DNA from: a virus
Lineage: Duplodnaviria; Heunggongvirae; Uroviricota; Caudoviricetes
Reading direction: 5' to 3' (one strand)
DNA length: 18,950 nucleotides
Virus record (IMG/VR): IMGVR_UViG_2778261447_000004
Coordinates: 1-18,950 of that record
Positions 1 through 7,624 of this stretch are shown piece after piece. Position 1 is the first letter of the stretch. Every line of letters begins with the position of its first letter. A program made the position numbers and the translations under genes. The notes under the pieces were generated by a model. It did no database searches. It had not been told where the DNA came from and worked only from the letters and a program-made list of their open reading frames with translations.

Positions 1-46
1 AGGTCGCTGTCTTCACAGCTTACGAACCTGAGGAGTAAGAGACCAG

Positions 47-66
47 GCGAGGGAGAAATCCCTCGC
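47..66. other. Perfect 8-bp inverted repeat gcgaggga/tccctcgc with a 4-nt loop (GAAA on +, UUUC on -); possible terminator-like hairpin 77 nt beyond the stop of the minus-strand lipoprotein gene
   Basis: Stem and loop read directly from the sequence. No clean U-tract follows on either strand, so terminator function is uncertain. Confidence 0.25.
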
Positions 67-142
67 CACCTCTGATGTGTCAGGCATTCTCAACGCACCC
101 GCACTTAACCCGCTTCGGCTGTTCCTTAGTTTGTCCTGATTT

Positions 143-496
143 TTATTTATTACTAATACATGATTTAATTCCTTGAATCCTCTTGTTTTTTCCATTGGTA
201 GGATCTAACACACCTCGAAGAGAATAAAAATCAATAGTGGTAGAGCCGTCTGCTGACTTATAAATGTCGGCATTATCTGCAACTGCTAATACACTGTAAT
301 ATTTACCAATTTTTTGAGAAGTGATAGTATACAAGAGAGGTACACGTTGCCACTCACTGAGAATGCATTCTTGTATTTCTTGTGGTGGAGAATTTGTTTT
401 AAATGAAATGATAATATCCTGCTCTTCTCTATAATTATAAGGGTTTACGCATCCAGAAATTGCGAAAGAAAACAGAAGAATAATGATCCTGTTCAT
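143..496 (-). CDS. Small lipoprotein (117 aa), function unknown; AT-rich accessory gene
   Basis: ATG at 496 preceded by AGAGG. N-terminus MNRIIILLFSFAISGCVN is a signal peptide with lipobox ISGC, and +2 residue Val suggests outer-membrane sorting. Visibly AT-rich. The ORF track's upstream extension to 526 lacks a ribosome-binding site. Confidence 0.6.
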   Translation of the reverse strand: MNRIIILLFSFAISGCVNPYNYREEQDIIISFKTNSPPQEIQECILSEWQRVPLLYTITSQKIGKYYSVLAVADNADIYKSADGSTTIDFYSLRGVLDPTNGKNKRIQGIKSCISNK

Positions 497-558
497 TTTT
501 TTGCCTCTTTTGAAAATATTACTCAATTATTTTAGTTGCGGTGTGTTATAAGCATTAA

Positions 559-858
559 CTATAAAATATTAGATTCATAATTTTGTCCGCCGTGGTAAAC
601 GCCAGCGATAAAGACTTTATTGCCATCAACGGCAAAAGCAATAATCGTTCTGTGTCGGAAATGAGTTACCCGCATCCCCTGGCGAATATCATCGCGTTTA
701 TTGCCCCGATGCGGGAATGTAGAAAACCCATCAAGATAATCAAGAAGCGCATTGGCATAATTGTCAGCAATGACGCTTCCTGCTTTCTCCGTTATATATC
801 TGTGCAGGTTTATTATCTGCTGTTCGGCCTCGGGGGTAATGATGACTTCATATGTCAT
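559..858 (-). CDS. parE: Type II toxin, ParE/RelE superfamily (99 aa)
   Basis: About 100 aa, basic, with ParE-like composition. Starts 5 nt after the stop of an upstream ribbon-helix-helix antitoxin ORF on the same strand, the canonical antitoxin-then-toxin layout. Family assignment is from memory. Confidence 0.7.
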   Translation of the reverse strand: MTYEVIITPEAEQQIINLHRYITEKAGSVIADNYANALLDYLDGFSTFPHRGNKRDDIRQGMRVTHFRHRTIIAFAVDGNKVFIAGVYHGGQNYESNIL

Positions 859-863
859 GCAGA

Positions 864-1121
864 TTACTTCCCGGATCGAATCGCGGCGCGAACCTGTGAA
901 ATGGAGCGTCCGTTGTTTGGATTTTCGCGGATAGAATCAAGAGAGGGGGCGGCTGAATGCGTTAACCACGCTTCGATTGCTTTATCGCGCTCATTCAGTG
1001 CACGAAGCCCTTCACGAATGACCTCGCTTTCTGAAGCATAGGCACCGGAAGCCACACGGGCGCGCACCATGTCAGCCATCTCGTTAGTTAATGTAATGCT
1101 GAATTGTTGGGTTGTACGCAT
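864..1121 (-). CDS. parD: Type II antitoxin, ParD/CopG-like ribbon-helix-helix (85 aa)
   Basis: Internal ATG at 1121 preceded by GTGAGG. Product MRTTQQFSITLTNEMADMVRARVASGAYASESEVIREGLRALNER fits the ribbon-helix-helix antitoxin pattern (strand, helix, G-x-S turn, helix). Immediately precedes the toxin ORF. Confidence 0.7.
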   Translation of the reverse strand: MRTTQQFSITLTNEMADMVRARVASGAYASESEVIREGLRALNERDKAIEAWLTHSAAPSLDSIRENPNNGRSISQVRAAIRSGK

Positions 1122-1202
1122 GGTAAACCTCACGGAGTAGGATAGAACACTATTCGATGATAGCACGCTGCCTGTTGACGACAACAGAAATCAGAGACAA
1201 TA
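1122..1202. promoter_or_regulatory. Divergent promoter/operator region between the minus-strand toxin-antitoxin operon and the plus-strand DUF968-rusA-Q genes
   Basis: Plus strand: TTGACG (1174-1179), 17-bp spacer, CAATAT (1197-1202). Minus strand: TTGTCG, 16-bp spacer, TATCAT upstream of the antitoxin. Both are weak-to-moderate sigma70 matches found by eye. Confidence 0.3.
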
Positions 1203-1256
1203 TTGCCGCACGCCAGCCTGAACAACTGGCACCTGCTGCGCCAGCAGAGAAAACAA

Positions 1257-1529
1257 ATGGCGCACAATACCAAAAATCACAATTCTGATGCCGTTCGTGC
1301 CAGCAGGCATGGGCGGCGTTCGCGCGTATTTAAAACCGACTGGTACCAACACCCTCCATGCACTGAAGAACAGGCCGAATGGCTGATTCAGTGTTACCGC
1401 AGACACGGATACGAGATTAAGAAAGCCCTCAGCCTCGATTATCGTCACTGGATAATCTCCGTCAGGCTTCCTTACTCAGAACGCCCACCGCGTCCGTCCC
1501 GCACATACCAGCAACGTATCTGGAGGTAA
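1257..1529 (+). CDS. Hypothetical basic protein (90 aa), nin-region ORF
   Basis: Open frame ending 1 nt before the GTG start of the next gene. ATG at 1257 has only a weak ribosome-binding site; a TTG at 1203 is the alternative start. No family recognised. Confidence 0.35.
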   Translation: MAHNTKNHNSDAVRASRHGRRSRVFKTDWYQHPPCTEEQAEWLIQCYRRHGYEIKKALSLDYRHWIISVRLPYSERPPRPSRTYQQRIWR

Positions 1530-1530
1530 C

Positions 1531-2580
1531 GTGCGGGTATTACTTCGACCTGTTCCGGTACCGGAACTCGGGCTGGTGGTCCTTAAGCCGGGCCGTGAAT
1601 CCATGCAGGTATTTCATAATCCTCGTGTGCTGGTGGAGCCGGAACCGAAAAGCATGCGTGGTCTGCCGTCCGGAGTCGTGCCTGCCGTTCGCCAGCCGCT
1701 GGCGGAGGACAAATCATTACTGCCATTTTTCAGCAATGAGCGGGTGATTCGTGCTGCTGGCGGTGCTGGTGCACTGTCTGACTGGCTGTCGCGTCATGTC
1801 AAATCCTGCCAGTGGCCTCATGGTGACTATCATCACAGTGAAACCGTCATACATCGTTACGGTACCGGTGCGATGGTATTGTGCTGGCACTGCGACAATC
1901 AGTTGCGTGACCAGACATCCGAATCACTTGGGCAACTTGCTCAGCAAAACCTGTCAGCATGGATGATTGACGTCATCCGTCACGCAATGAATGGCGCACA
2001 GGAGCGGGAATTATCGCTGGCTGAATTGTACTGCTGGGCTGCTGTAAATGATGTAGTGGATGCCATGACCGAAAATATGGCGCGTCGAATCCTGAAGCTT
2101 CCGGGTGAAAAAATCCGCTCAATATACCGCGAGAGCGACATCATACCGGGAGAACAGACTGCCACCAGCATACTGAAGCAGCGCACAAAAAATATTGTGC
2201 TACCGCCTCACGCCCACCAGCAACAGAACCCACCACAGGAAAAGACGGTGGTCAGCATTGCCGTTGATCCGGAGTCTCCTGAATCTTTCATGAAGCGACC
2301 TAAACGTCGCCGTTGGGTAAATGAGAAATATACGCGCTGGGTAAAGACACAGCCGTGTGCGTGTTGTGGTAAGCCAGCCGACGATCCCCATCACCTGATT
2401 GGTCATGGTCAGGGCGGAATGGGAACAAAATCCCACGATATTTTTACGCTACCGCTGTGCCGGGAGCATCACAATGAACTTCATGCTGATCCGCTGGCAT
2501 TTGAAGAAAAGCATGGTTCCCAGATTGATTTAATTTTTCGTTTTCTTGATCACGCCTTTGCAACCGGCGTGCTCGGGTAA
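1531..2580 (+). CDS. DUF968-type prophage protein (349 aa) with C-terminal Cys/His HNH-like motif; resembles YdfU of the E. coli Qin prophage
   Basis: GTG start with GGAGG 5 nt upstream. C-terminus CACCGKPADDPHHLIGHGQGGMGTKSHDIFTLPLCREHHNELHA is a zinc-binding HNH-like signature typical of DUF968. The length matches my recollection of YdfU, but I am not certain of it. Confidence 0.75.
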   Translation: MRVLLRPVPVPELGLVVLKPGRESMQVFHNPRVLVEPEPKSMRGLPSGVVPAVRQPLAEDKSLLPFFSNERVIRAAGGAGALSDWLSRHVKSCQWPHGDYHHSETVIHRYGTGAMVLCWHCDNQLRDQTSESLGQLAQQNLSAWMIDVIRHAMNGAQERELSLAELYCWAAVNDVVDAMTENMARRILKLPGEKIRSIYRESDIIPGEQTATSILKQRTKNIVLPPHAHQQQNPPQEKTVVSIAVDPESPESFMKRPKRRRWVNEKYTRWVKTQPCACCGKPADDPHHLIGHGQGGMGTKSHDIFTLPLCREHHNELHADPLAFEEKHGSQIDLIFRFLDHAFATGVLG

Positions 2581-2592
2581 AAGAGGTTACTG

Positions 2593-2967
2593 ATGCGTAT
2601 AGAGTTTGTTTTGCCTTACCCGCCGACGGTGAACACCTACTGGCGACGTCGTGGCAGCACATATTTTGTATCAAAAGCCGGTGAGTGTTATCGCCGTGAT
2701 GTGGCACTTATTGTTCGCCAGCAGCGGCTGAAATTAAACCTGTCCGGAAGGCTGGCGATAAAGATTATTGCAGAGCCACCGGATAAGCGCCGTCGTGACC
2801 TGGACAATATCCTGAAAGCACCACTGGATGCGCTGACGCATGCCGGACTTCTCATAGACGACGAGCAGTTTGATGAAATCAATATTGTGCGCGGTCAGCC
2901 TGTTCCTGGTGGGCGGCTGGGCGTGAAGATTTACGAAATAATGCATGACGGGGAGGTCCAAAAATGA
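2593..2967 (+). CDS. rusA: Crossover junction endodeoxyribonuclease RusA (Holliday junction resolvase)
   Basis: Ribosome-binding site AAGAGG. Contains the RusA signature PDKRRRDLDN and DALTHAGLLIDDEQ, alignable to E. coli RusA (PDRRRRDLDN, DALTKAGFWLDDAQ). Typical position just upstream of Q. Confidence 0.85.
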   Translation: MRIEFVLPYPPTVNTYWRRRGSTYFVSKAGECYRRDVALIVRQQRLKLNLSGRLAIKIIAEPPDKRRRDLDNILKAPLDALTHAGLLIDDEQFDEINIVRGQPVPGGRLGVKIYEIMHDGEVQK

Positions 2968-3785
2968 AACTGGAAGATTTACCGAAATACTATTCCCCAA
3001 AATCGCCAGGCCTGACTGATGCATCCGTCTCGACGTCAAAAGATGCGCTGAGCATCACTGATGTGATGGCTGCGCAGGGTATGACACAAAACCGGGCTGA
3101 GATGGGATTTTCTGCGTTCCTGGGGAAAATGGGCATCAGTATGAATGACAGAACGCGGGCAACAGAATTACTGGCAGATTATGCACTCAGTCGGTGCGAT
3201 CGCGTGGCGGCGTTGAGAAAACTTCCGGCAGAAATAAAACCGACAGTGATGCGCATTATGGCTTCGTACGCTTTTGAGGATTATGCCCGTAGTGCAGCGA
3301 GTAAAAAACAGTGCCCTTGTTGCGGTGGGAAAAAATTTATTGAAAGCGTAGTTTTTACAAACAAGGTCCAGTATCCGGATGGTAAACCGCCGGTATGGGC
3401 AAAGTGTACAAAGGGTGTGTATCCGTCTTACTGGGAAGAATGGAAAAAAGTCCGGGAAGTGGTAAAAGTTGCCTGTCCTGAATGCGGGGGAAAGGGTGAG
3501 GTCTCCACCGCCTGTAATGATTGCCGTGGGCGTGGTGTCGCCATTCATCGTGAAGAGTCGGTAAAACGTGGTATGCCTGTTATCAGAGACTGCCAGCGTT
3601 GTGGTGGTCGTGGCTATGAAAGATTACCGTCAACAGAGGCGTTTAATGCCATATGCAAAGTGACGAGCGCTATCACTCTTGATACGTGGAAAAAATCAGT
3701 GAAGCGTTTTTACGATACGCTGGTGGTTCGGTTTGACATTGAAGAGTCATGGGCGGAGCGGCAGTTGAAGAGGGTAACGCGATAG
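2964..3785 (+). CDS. Late-gene antiterminator Q-like protein (273 aa) with four DnaJ-type CxxCxGxG zinc-finger repeats
   Basis: Start overlaps the rusA stop (ATGA). Lies immediately upstream of a PR'-like promoter and tR'-like terminator. Cys-rich repeats CPCCGGKK, CPECGGKG, CNDCRGRG, CQRCGGRG. Assignment is by synteny and Zn-finger content, not confirmed homology. Confidence 0.6.
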   Translation: MKLEDLPKYYSPKSPGLTDASVSTSKDALSITDVMAAQGMTQNRAEMGFSAFLGKMGISMNDRTRATELLADYALSRCDRVAALRKLPAEIKPTVMRIMASYAFEDYARSAASKKQCPCCGGKKFIESVVFTNKVQYPDGKPPVWAKCTKGVYPSYWEEWKKVREVVKVACPECGGKGEVSTACNDCRGRGVAIHREESVKRGMPVIRDCQRCGGRGYERLPSTEAFNAICKVTSAITLDTWKKSVKRFYDTLVVRFDIEESWAERQLKRVTR

Positions 3786-3790
3786 TGTTG

Positions 3791-3833
3791 TTGATTTTTC
3801 CCGAATCTGTGGTAAATTCGCACTAACGATGGG
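3791..3833 (+). promoter_or_regulatory. Late promoter PR'-like with extended -10 and sigma70 pause element (qut region)
   Basis: -35 TTGATT (3791-3796), 16-bp spacer, extended -10 TGgTAAATT (3810-3818), then AACGATGGG (3825-3833). Lambda PR' has the same architecture (GGGTAAATT followed by AACGATGGG). Confidence 0.7.
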
Positions 3834-3867
3834 CGTTTTATACCTGACGTTAAAAGATTTTTTACAA

Positions 3868-3890
3868 CCCGCCGCCGTGCGGGTTTTTTT
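3868..3890 (+). terminator. Rho-independent terminator, tR'-like
   Basis: Stem CCCGC (3868-3872), loop CGCCGT, stem GCGGG (3879-3883), then seven T (3884-3890). Lies about 65 nt after the predicted late transcription start. Confidence 0.75.
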
Positions 3891-4011
3891 GTGTCCGAAA
3901 AACAGCACAGGACGTTAAACGCGCTGGTGGTTGCGAATACAGGTCTTTCAGCTTGCTGGCTTTTTAGACAAGAGTTATTGGTATGTCATGTTAACCAGAA
4001 GGGAAAAAGAC

Positions 4012-4209
4012 ATGCTAAAACAGCAAGATATGACAGAAACCGCCAGAGTGGTGCTTAATGAATTAAGCGTCACCGAACCGGCGACCGTCGGGGAGATTGC
4101 GCAGAATACTTACCTTTCACGCGAATGCTGCCAGTTAATACTGACCCAGCTTGTTATGGCGGGCCTGGCAGATTATCAGTTCGGTTGTTACAGACGCCTT
4201 CCGCAGTGA
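4012..4209 (+). CDS. Small hypothetical protein, possibly winged-helix DNA-binding (65 aa from the ATG at 4012)
   Basis: ORF 3931-4209; the ATG at 4012 has GGGAAA upstream, with alternative starts at 3931, 3988 and 4030. Segment TVGEIAQNTYLSRECCQLILTQLVMAGLADY resembles a helix-turn-helix recognition helix plus wing. No family recognised. Confidence 0.4.
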   Translation: MLKQQDMTETARVVLNELSVTEPATVGEIAQNTYLSRECCQLILTQLVMAGLADYQFGCYRRLPQ

Positions 4210-4359
4210 AGGCTTTTTAATTTGTGGTAATGGGCGGCTGGTGGGTGTTAGCGGCACCTGCCAGCCATCTGCTCATGCGTTGGGGTCACAAGCAAACCTC
4301 AGGCCCATCTGCTTTGCGCAAAAGCGGTATGAGCCTATCAGAGAAGCGCTTATTGATCT

Positions 4360-5412
4360 ATGGCTAATACTGTAAAAATATCCAGTTGTGAGTTAATCAA
4401 CGCTGATTGCCTGGAATTTATCCAGACCTTACCGGAAAACTCTGTCGATCTGATTGTCACAGACCCGCCATACTTTAAAGTGAAACACGAAGGCTGGGAT
4501 AACCAGTGGAAGGGCGATGATGATTACCTGAAATGGCTGGATCAGTGTCTAGCGCAGTTCTGGCGGGTGTTAAAACCTGCCGGAAGCCTTTACCTGTTCT
4601 GCGGTCATCGTCTGGCATTTGATACCGAAATCATGATGCGTGAACGCTTTAATGTGCTGAACCACATTATCTGGGCGAAGCCGTCCGGACGATGGAACGG
4701 GTGCAATAAAGAAAGTCTGCGCGCATATTTTCCTGCCACAGAGCGCGTTCTGTTTGCTGAACATTACCAGGGGCCATATCGCGGCAAAAGTGACGGCTAT
4801 GCAGCAAAAGAAAGGGAACTCAAACAGCACATAATGGCACCGCTGATTTCGTATTTCAGGGATGCTCGTGCCGAACTGGGTATAACGGCAAAACAAATTG
4901 CCGAAGCCACAGGTAAGAAAAATATGGTTTCCCACTGGTTTGGTGCCAGTCAGTGGCAGTTGCCGAATGAGGCTGACTATCGGAAGTTACAGGCACTGTT
5001 TTCCCGTATAGCGGCAGAGAAGTTTCAGGAACAACAACTGGAACAACCACACCACCAGCTGGTGGCATCTTATGATTCACTGAATCGCAAATATTCTGAA
5101 TTGCTGGATGAGTTTAAATCTCTCCGGCGCTATTTCTCCGTATCAGTCTCCGTGCCTTATACCGATGTCTGGACGCATAAGCCCGTTCAGTTCTACCCGG
5201 GGAAACATCCGTGTGAGAAACCGGCGGATATGCTCAGACAAATAATCAATGCCAGTAGTCGACCAGGTGATCTGGTTGCTGATTTTTTTATGGGATCCGG
5301 TTCCACAATAAAAGCAGCAATGGCGCTGGGGCGTCGGGCCTTAGGTGTTGAGCTTGAGTCAGAGCGGTTTAATCAGACAGTGAAAGAGATAAACGAGCTG
5401 GTGGGGAAATAA
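4360..5412 (+). CDS. Orphan DNA methyltransferase, beta-class N6-adenine/N4-cytosine type (350 aa)
   Basis: Catalytic motif IV DPPY near the N-terminus (LIVTDPPYF) and SAM-binding motif I FxGxG near the C-terminus (DFFMGSGST). Motif IV before motif I is the beta-class order. No adjacent restriction endonuclease ORF. Confidence 0.85.
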   Translation: MANTVKISSCELINADCLEFIQTLPENSVDLIVTDPPYFKVKHEGWDNQWKGDDDYLKWLDQCLAQFWRVLKPAGSLYLFCGHRLAFDTEIMMRERFNVLNHIIWAKPSGRWNGCNKESLRAYFPATERVLFAEHYQGPYRGKSDGYAAKERELKQHIMAPLISYFRDARAELGITAKQIAEATGKKNMVSHWFGASQWQLPNEADYRKLQALFSRIAAEKFQEQQLEQPHHQLVASYDSLNRKYSELLDEFKSLRRYFSVSVSVPYTDVWTHKPVQFYPGKHPCEKPADMLRQIINASSRPGDLVADFFMGSGSTIKAAMALGRRALGVELESERFNQTVKEINELVGK

Positions 5413-5418
5413 TCTGGT

Positions 5419-5440
5419 GGCCACGTCAGGTGGCCTTTTT
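5419..5440 (+). terminator. Rho-independent terminator between methyltransferase and holin
   Basis: Stem GGCCAC (5419-5424), loop GTCAG, stem GTGGCC (5430-5435), followed by TTTTTATTT. Confidence 0.6.
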
Positions 5441-5479
5441 ATTTCCATTACACAGCACCCGCATCTGCGAGGTGGGGTT

Positions 5480-5695
5480 ATGAAATCCATGGATAAGTTA
5501 ACAACGGGTGTCGCCTATGGCACCTCGGCAGGCAGTGCCGGGTACTGGTTTTTGCAGTGGATTGATCAGGTTAGTCCGTCACAGTGGGCTGCTATTGGTG
5601 TGCTGGGGAGTCTGGCACTGGGCTTTCTGACTTATCTGACGAATCTGTATTTCAAAATTAAAGAGGATCGGCGCAAAGTGGCGCGGGGAGAGTAG
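5480..5695 (+). CDS. S: Pinholin/antiholin, phage 21 S-type (71 aa, dual-start MKSM)
   Basis: Product [71 protein letters not shown] is near-identical to phage 21 S21 as I recall it. Two in-frame starts (5480 and 5489) are separated by a Lys codon, the classic antiholin/holin dual-start motif. Confidence 0.9.
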   Translation: MKSMDKLTTGVAYGTSAGSAGYWFLQWIDQVSPSQWAAIGVLGSLALGFLTYLTNLYFKIKEDRRKVARGE

Positions 5696-5698
5696 GCG

Positions 5699-6010
5699 AT
5701 GAATAAAAAATACGAACTGGTTATTAAAGGGATAAGTAGTCACCCGGATAAGGTTGTGGTTACTGTGGCGCTGGAGAGCGACGGCTATCCGACGCTGTTT
5801 TCGCCGCATGTGGTGATTAAGCTTGATCGTGTTGACGGCGCAGCGCTGGAGCTTTATGAAGCAGAGGCGAAAAAACGAGCGAAGAAGATTTTTATGGATG
5901 CTGCTGCCGGGTTATGTGAAGCGTGGTCGTTGCCGGAAAAGCGCCTCCATTCAGAGGCGCGGTATACCATAAAAATTAACGGTTCAGATAACTCAATTGC
6001 TGGTTTTTAA
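5699..6010 (+). CDS. Hypothetical protein between holin and endolysin (103 aa); possibly YdfR/DUF1327-like
   Basis: ATG with GGAGAG upstream, 3 nt after the holin stop. Same position and length as YdfR in the Qin prophage lysis cassette as I recall it. Sequence identity not verified. Confidence 0.55.
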   Translation: MNKKYELVIKGISSHPDKVVVTVALESDGYPTLFSPHVVIKLDRVDGAALELYEAEAKKRAKKIFMDAAAGLCEAWSLPEKRLHSEARYTIKINGSDNSIAGF

Positions 6011-6246
6011 CCTTTTGTCTCAGTTGGCTTTCCAATATCTTTCATTGGTAGCAGCATTTCGATATTGCTTTTGATATATGGATTATCTGCATGTTCTGTT
6101 AATTGATAAATGATAGCATTTTTTTCATTCTGGTCTAATACAGAAAACATAACTGCAATCATATATTTAAGAGCCTCAATTTCTCCTGTTGTTGAGTTGG
6201 GGGATGAACAGTCCGCTGTAACATTAATAAAAGTTTCTTTTTTCAT
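6007..6246 (-). CDS. Hypothetical small protein (79 aa), AT-rich antisense gene inside the lysis cassette
   Basis: ATG at 6246 preceded by AAGGA with 7-nt spacing. Visibly AT-rich compared with neighbours. Convergent with the 103-aa ORF, with a 4-bp overlap at the stops. No family recognised. Confidence 0.5.
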   Translation of the reverse strand: MKKETFINVTADCSSPNSTTGEIEALKYMIAVMFSVLDQNEKNAIIYQLTEHADNPYIKSNIEMLLPMKDIGKPTETKG

Positions 6247-6270
6247 ATCAGATCCTTAGATGGGGTAGCT

Positions 6271-6332
6271 CAGCCAACCACCCGAGCCTTAACCGGAACG
6301 CCAGTGCCCACTACACTACTGGCGGGCTGAGG
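6271..6332. other. Nested inverted repeats in the intergenic region between the antisense small gene and the endolysin
   Basis: CTCAGCC (6271-6277) pairs with GGCTGAG (6326-6332). Inner pair GCCAGT / ACTGGC has a 12-nt loop. No U-tract; function unknown. Confidence 0.3.
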
Positions 6333-6370
6333 CTTTAACATATCCAGGGTTCAGAAAACGATAAATATCC

Positions 6371-6904
6371 ATGAGCACAAAAATCAGATACGGCCTGTCG
6401 GCTGCCGTTCTGGCGTTGATTGCTGCAGGTGCATCCGCTCCCGTCATTCTTGACCAGTTTCTGGACGAAAAAGAAGGTAATCACACTACGGCATACCGTG
6501 ATGGCTCCGGTATATGGACCATCTGTCGGGGTGCCACGATGGTGGATGGAAAACCCGTTTTTCCCGGTATGAAACTGTCGAAGGAAAAATGCGACCAGGT
6601 CAACGCTATCGAACGGGATAAGGCGCTGGCATGGGTGGAGCGCAATATTAAAGTTCCACTGACCGAAGCACAGAAAGCGGGTATTGCGTCATTCTGTCCC
6701 TATAACATTGGCCCCGGTAAGTGTTTCCCGTCGACGTTTTATAAGCGGCTTAATGCCGGTGATCGTAAAGGTGCCTGTGAGTCGATTCGCTGGTGGATTA
6801 AGGACGGTGGGCGTGATTGCCGCACACGTTCAAATAACTGCTACGGACAGGTTATTCGTCGTGACCAGGAAAGCGCATTAGCCTGTTGGGGGATAGATCA
6901 GTGA
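6371..6904 (+). CDS. R: SAR endolysin, T4-lysozyme-like muramidase (177 aa)
   Basis: N-terminal weakly hydrophobic Gly/Ala-rich signal-arrest-release segment [21 protein letters not shown]. Catalytic E-x8-D-x5-T triad in [16 protein letters not shown]. Pairs with a pinholin as in phage 21. Confidence 0.85.
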   Translation: MSTKIRYGLSAAVLALIAAGASAPVILDQFLDEKEGNHTTAYRDGSGIWTICRGATMVDGKPVFPGMKLSKEKCDQVNAIERDKALAWVERNIKVPLTEAQKAGIASFCPYNIGPGKCFPSTFYKRLNAGDRKGACESIRWWIKDGGRDCRTRSNNCYGQVIRRDQESALACWGIDQ

Positions 6905-7365
6905 GAAGAGTAGTCGCGATTATCTCTGCTCTGGTTATCTGCATCATCGTCTGCCTGTCATGGGCTGTTAATCATTACCGTGATAACGCCATTACCTACA
7001 AAGCCCAGCGCGACAAAAATGCCAGAGAACTGAAGCTGGCGAACGTGGCAATTACTGACATGCAGATGCGTCAGCGTGATGTTGCTGCGCTCGATGCAAA
7101 ATACACGAAGGAGTTAGCTGATGCGAAAGCTGAAAATGATGCTCTGCGTGATGATGTTGCCGCTGGTCGTCGTCGGTTGCACATCAAAGCAGTCTGTCAG
7201 TCAGTGCGTGAAGCCACCACCGCCTCCGGCGTGGATAATGCAACCAGCCCCCGACTGGAAGACACCGCTGAACGGGATTATTTCACCCTCAGAGACCGAT
7301 TGATGACGATGCAGAAGCAACTGGAAGGGGCGCAGGAATATATCCGCACCCAGTGCATTAAGTAG
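6901..7365 (+). CDS. Rz: Spanin inner-membrane subunit Rz (i-spanin)
   Basis: GTG start overlapping the endolysin stop (GTGA). Product [44 protein letters not shown] is near-identical to lambda Rz. Confidence 0.85.
   Translation: MRRVVAIISALVICIIVCLSWAVNHYRDNAITYKAQRDKNARELKLANVAITDMQMRQRDVAALDAKYTKELADAKAENDALRDDVAAGRRRLHIKAVCQSVREATTASGVDNATSPRLEDTAERDYFTLRDRLMTMQKQLEGAQEYIRTQCIK
7121..7303 (+). CDS. Rz1: Spanin outer-membrane lipoprotein subunit Rz1 (o-spanin), embedded in Rz in the +1 frame
   Basis: Product [60 protein letters not shown] with lipobox VVGC and proline-rich stretch, near-identical to lambda Rz1. GGAG 7 nt upstream. Confidence 0.85.
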   Translation: MRKLKMMLCVMMLPLVVVGCTSKQSVSQCVKPPPPPAWIMQPAPDWKTPLNGIISPSETD

Positions 7366-7388
7366 CCTTTTTGTTATCAGGAGAATGT

Positions 7389-7595
7389 ATGAAGAAATTA
7401 CAGGTAACCGCAAAGCTCTTTAATGGAAGAATCCCGTTCCGGATTTTACAGCGTGGTCGTGTTCTGGCTGAAGGTACATTCAGTGGTAAATGCACGGAAT
7501 GTTATTCACGAATATATGAAGTGGATGCCTCGGATGAAGATATAACCGTTGAGTGTAATGCCGGGATTGTATCGGCCACATTGCTTCATGGGTGA
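7389..7595 (+). CDS. Hypothetical small protein (68 aa); stand-alone copy of a domain repeated in the 286-aa ORF
   Basis: ATG at 7389 preceded by AGGAG. By-eye alignment: KKLQVTAKLFNGRIPFRILQRGRVLAEGTFSGK...YEVDASDEDITVE...GIVSATLL versus residues about 113-185 of the 7961-8821 product KKALLVTANQLSGRVDFQVRQGGRVLVNDAFVGR...YDVDADDQDISIS...GIVLTAELL. Confidence 0.55.
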   Translation: MKKLQVTAKLFNGRIPFRILQRGRVLAEGTFSGKCTECYSRIYEVDASDEDITVECNAGIVSATLLHG

Positions 7596-7624
7596 ATTGG
7601 GTTGTCGCTGGAGGATGCAGGCAA

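Noticed and set aside
13-195. Minus-strand 60-aa ORF at the window start
   Set aside because: Overlaps the 3' end of the lipoprotein gene and the hairpin region, with no ribosome-binding site; likely non-coding.
583-1041. Plus-strand 152-aa ORF overlapping the ParD/ParE genes
   Set aside because: Antisense to a well-formed toxin-antitoxin pair, with no ribosome-binding site and no recognisable domain.
3168-3548. Minus-strand 126-aa ORF within the Q-like gene
   Set aside because: Antisense to a gene supported by synteny and translational coupling; no ribosome-binding site.
4151-4375. 74-aa plus-strand ORF bridging the small winged-helix-like ORF and the methyltransferase
   Set aside because: Overlaps both neighbours out of frame and lacks a ribosome-binding site; probably spurious.
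6255-6340. tRNA-like start (GGGGTAGCTCAGCC) upstream of the endolysin
   Set aside because: No T-arm GTTCRANYC motif and no acceptor-stem complement or CCA end could be found. The region is better explained as nested inverted repeats.
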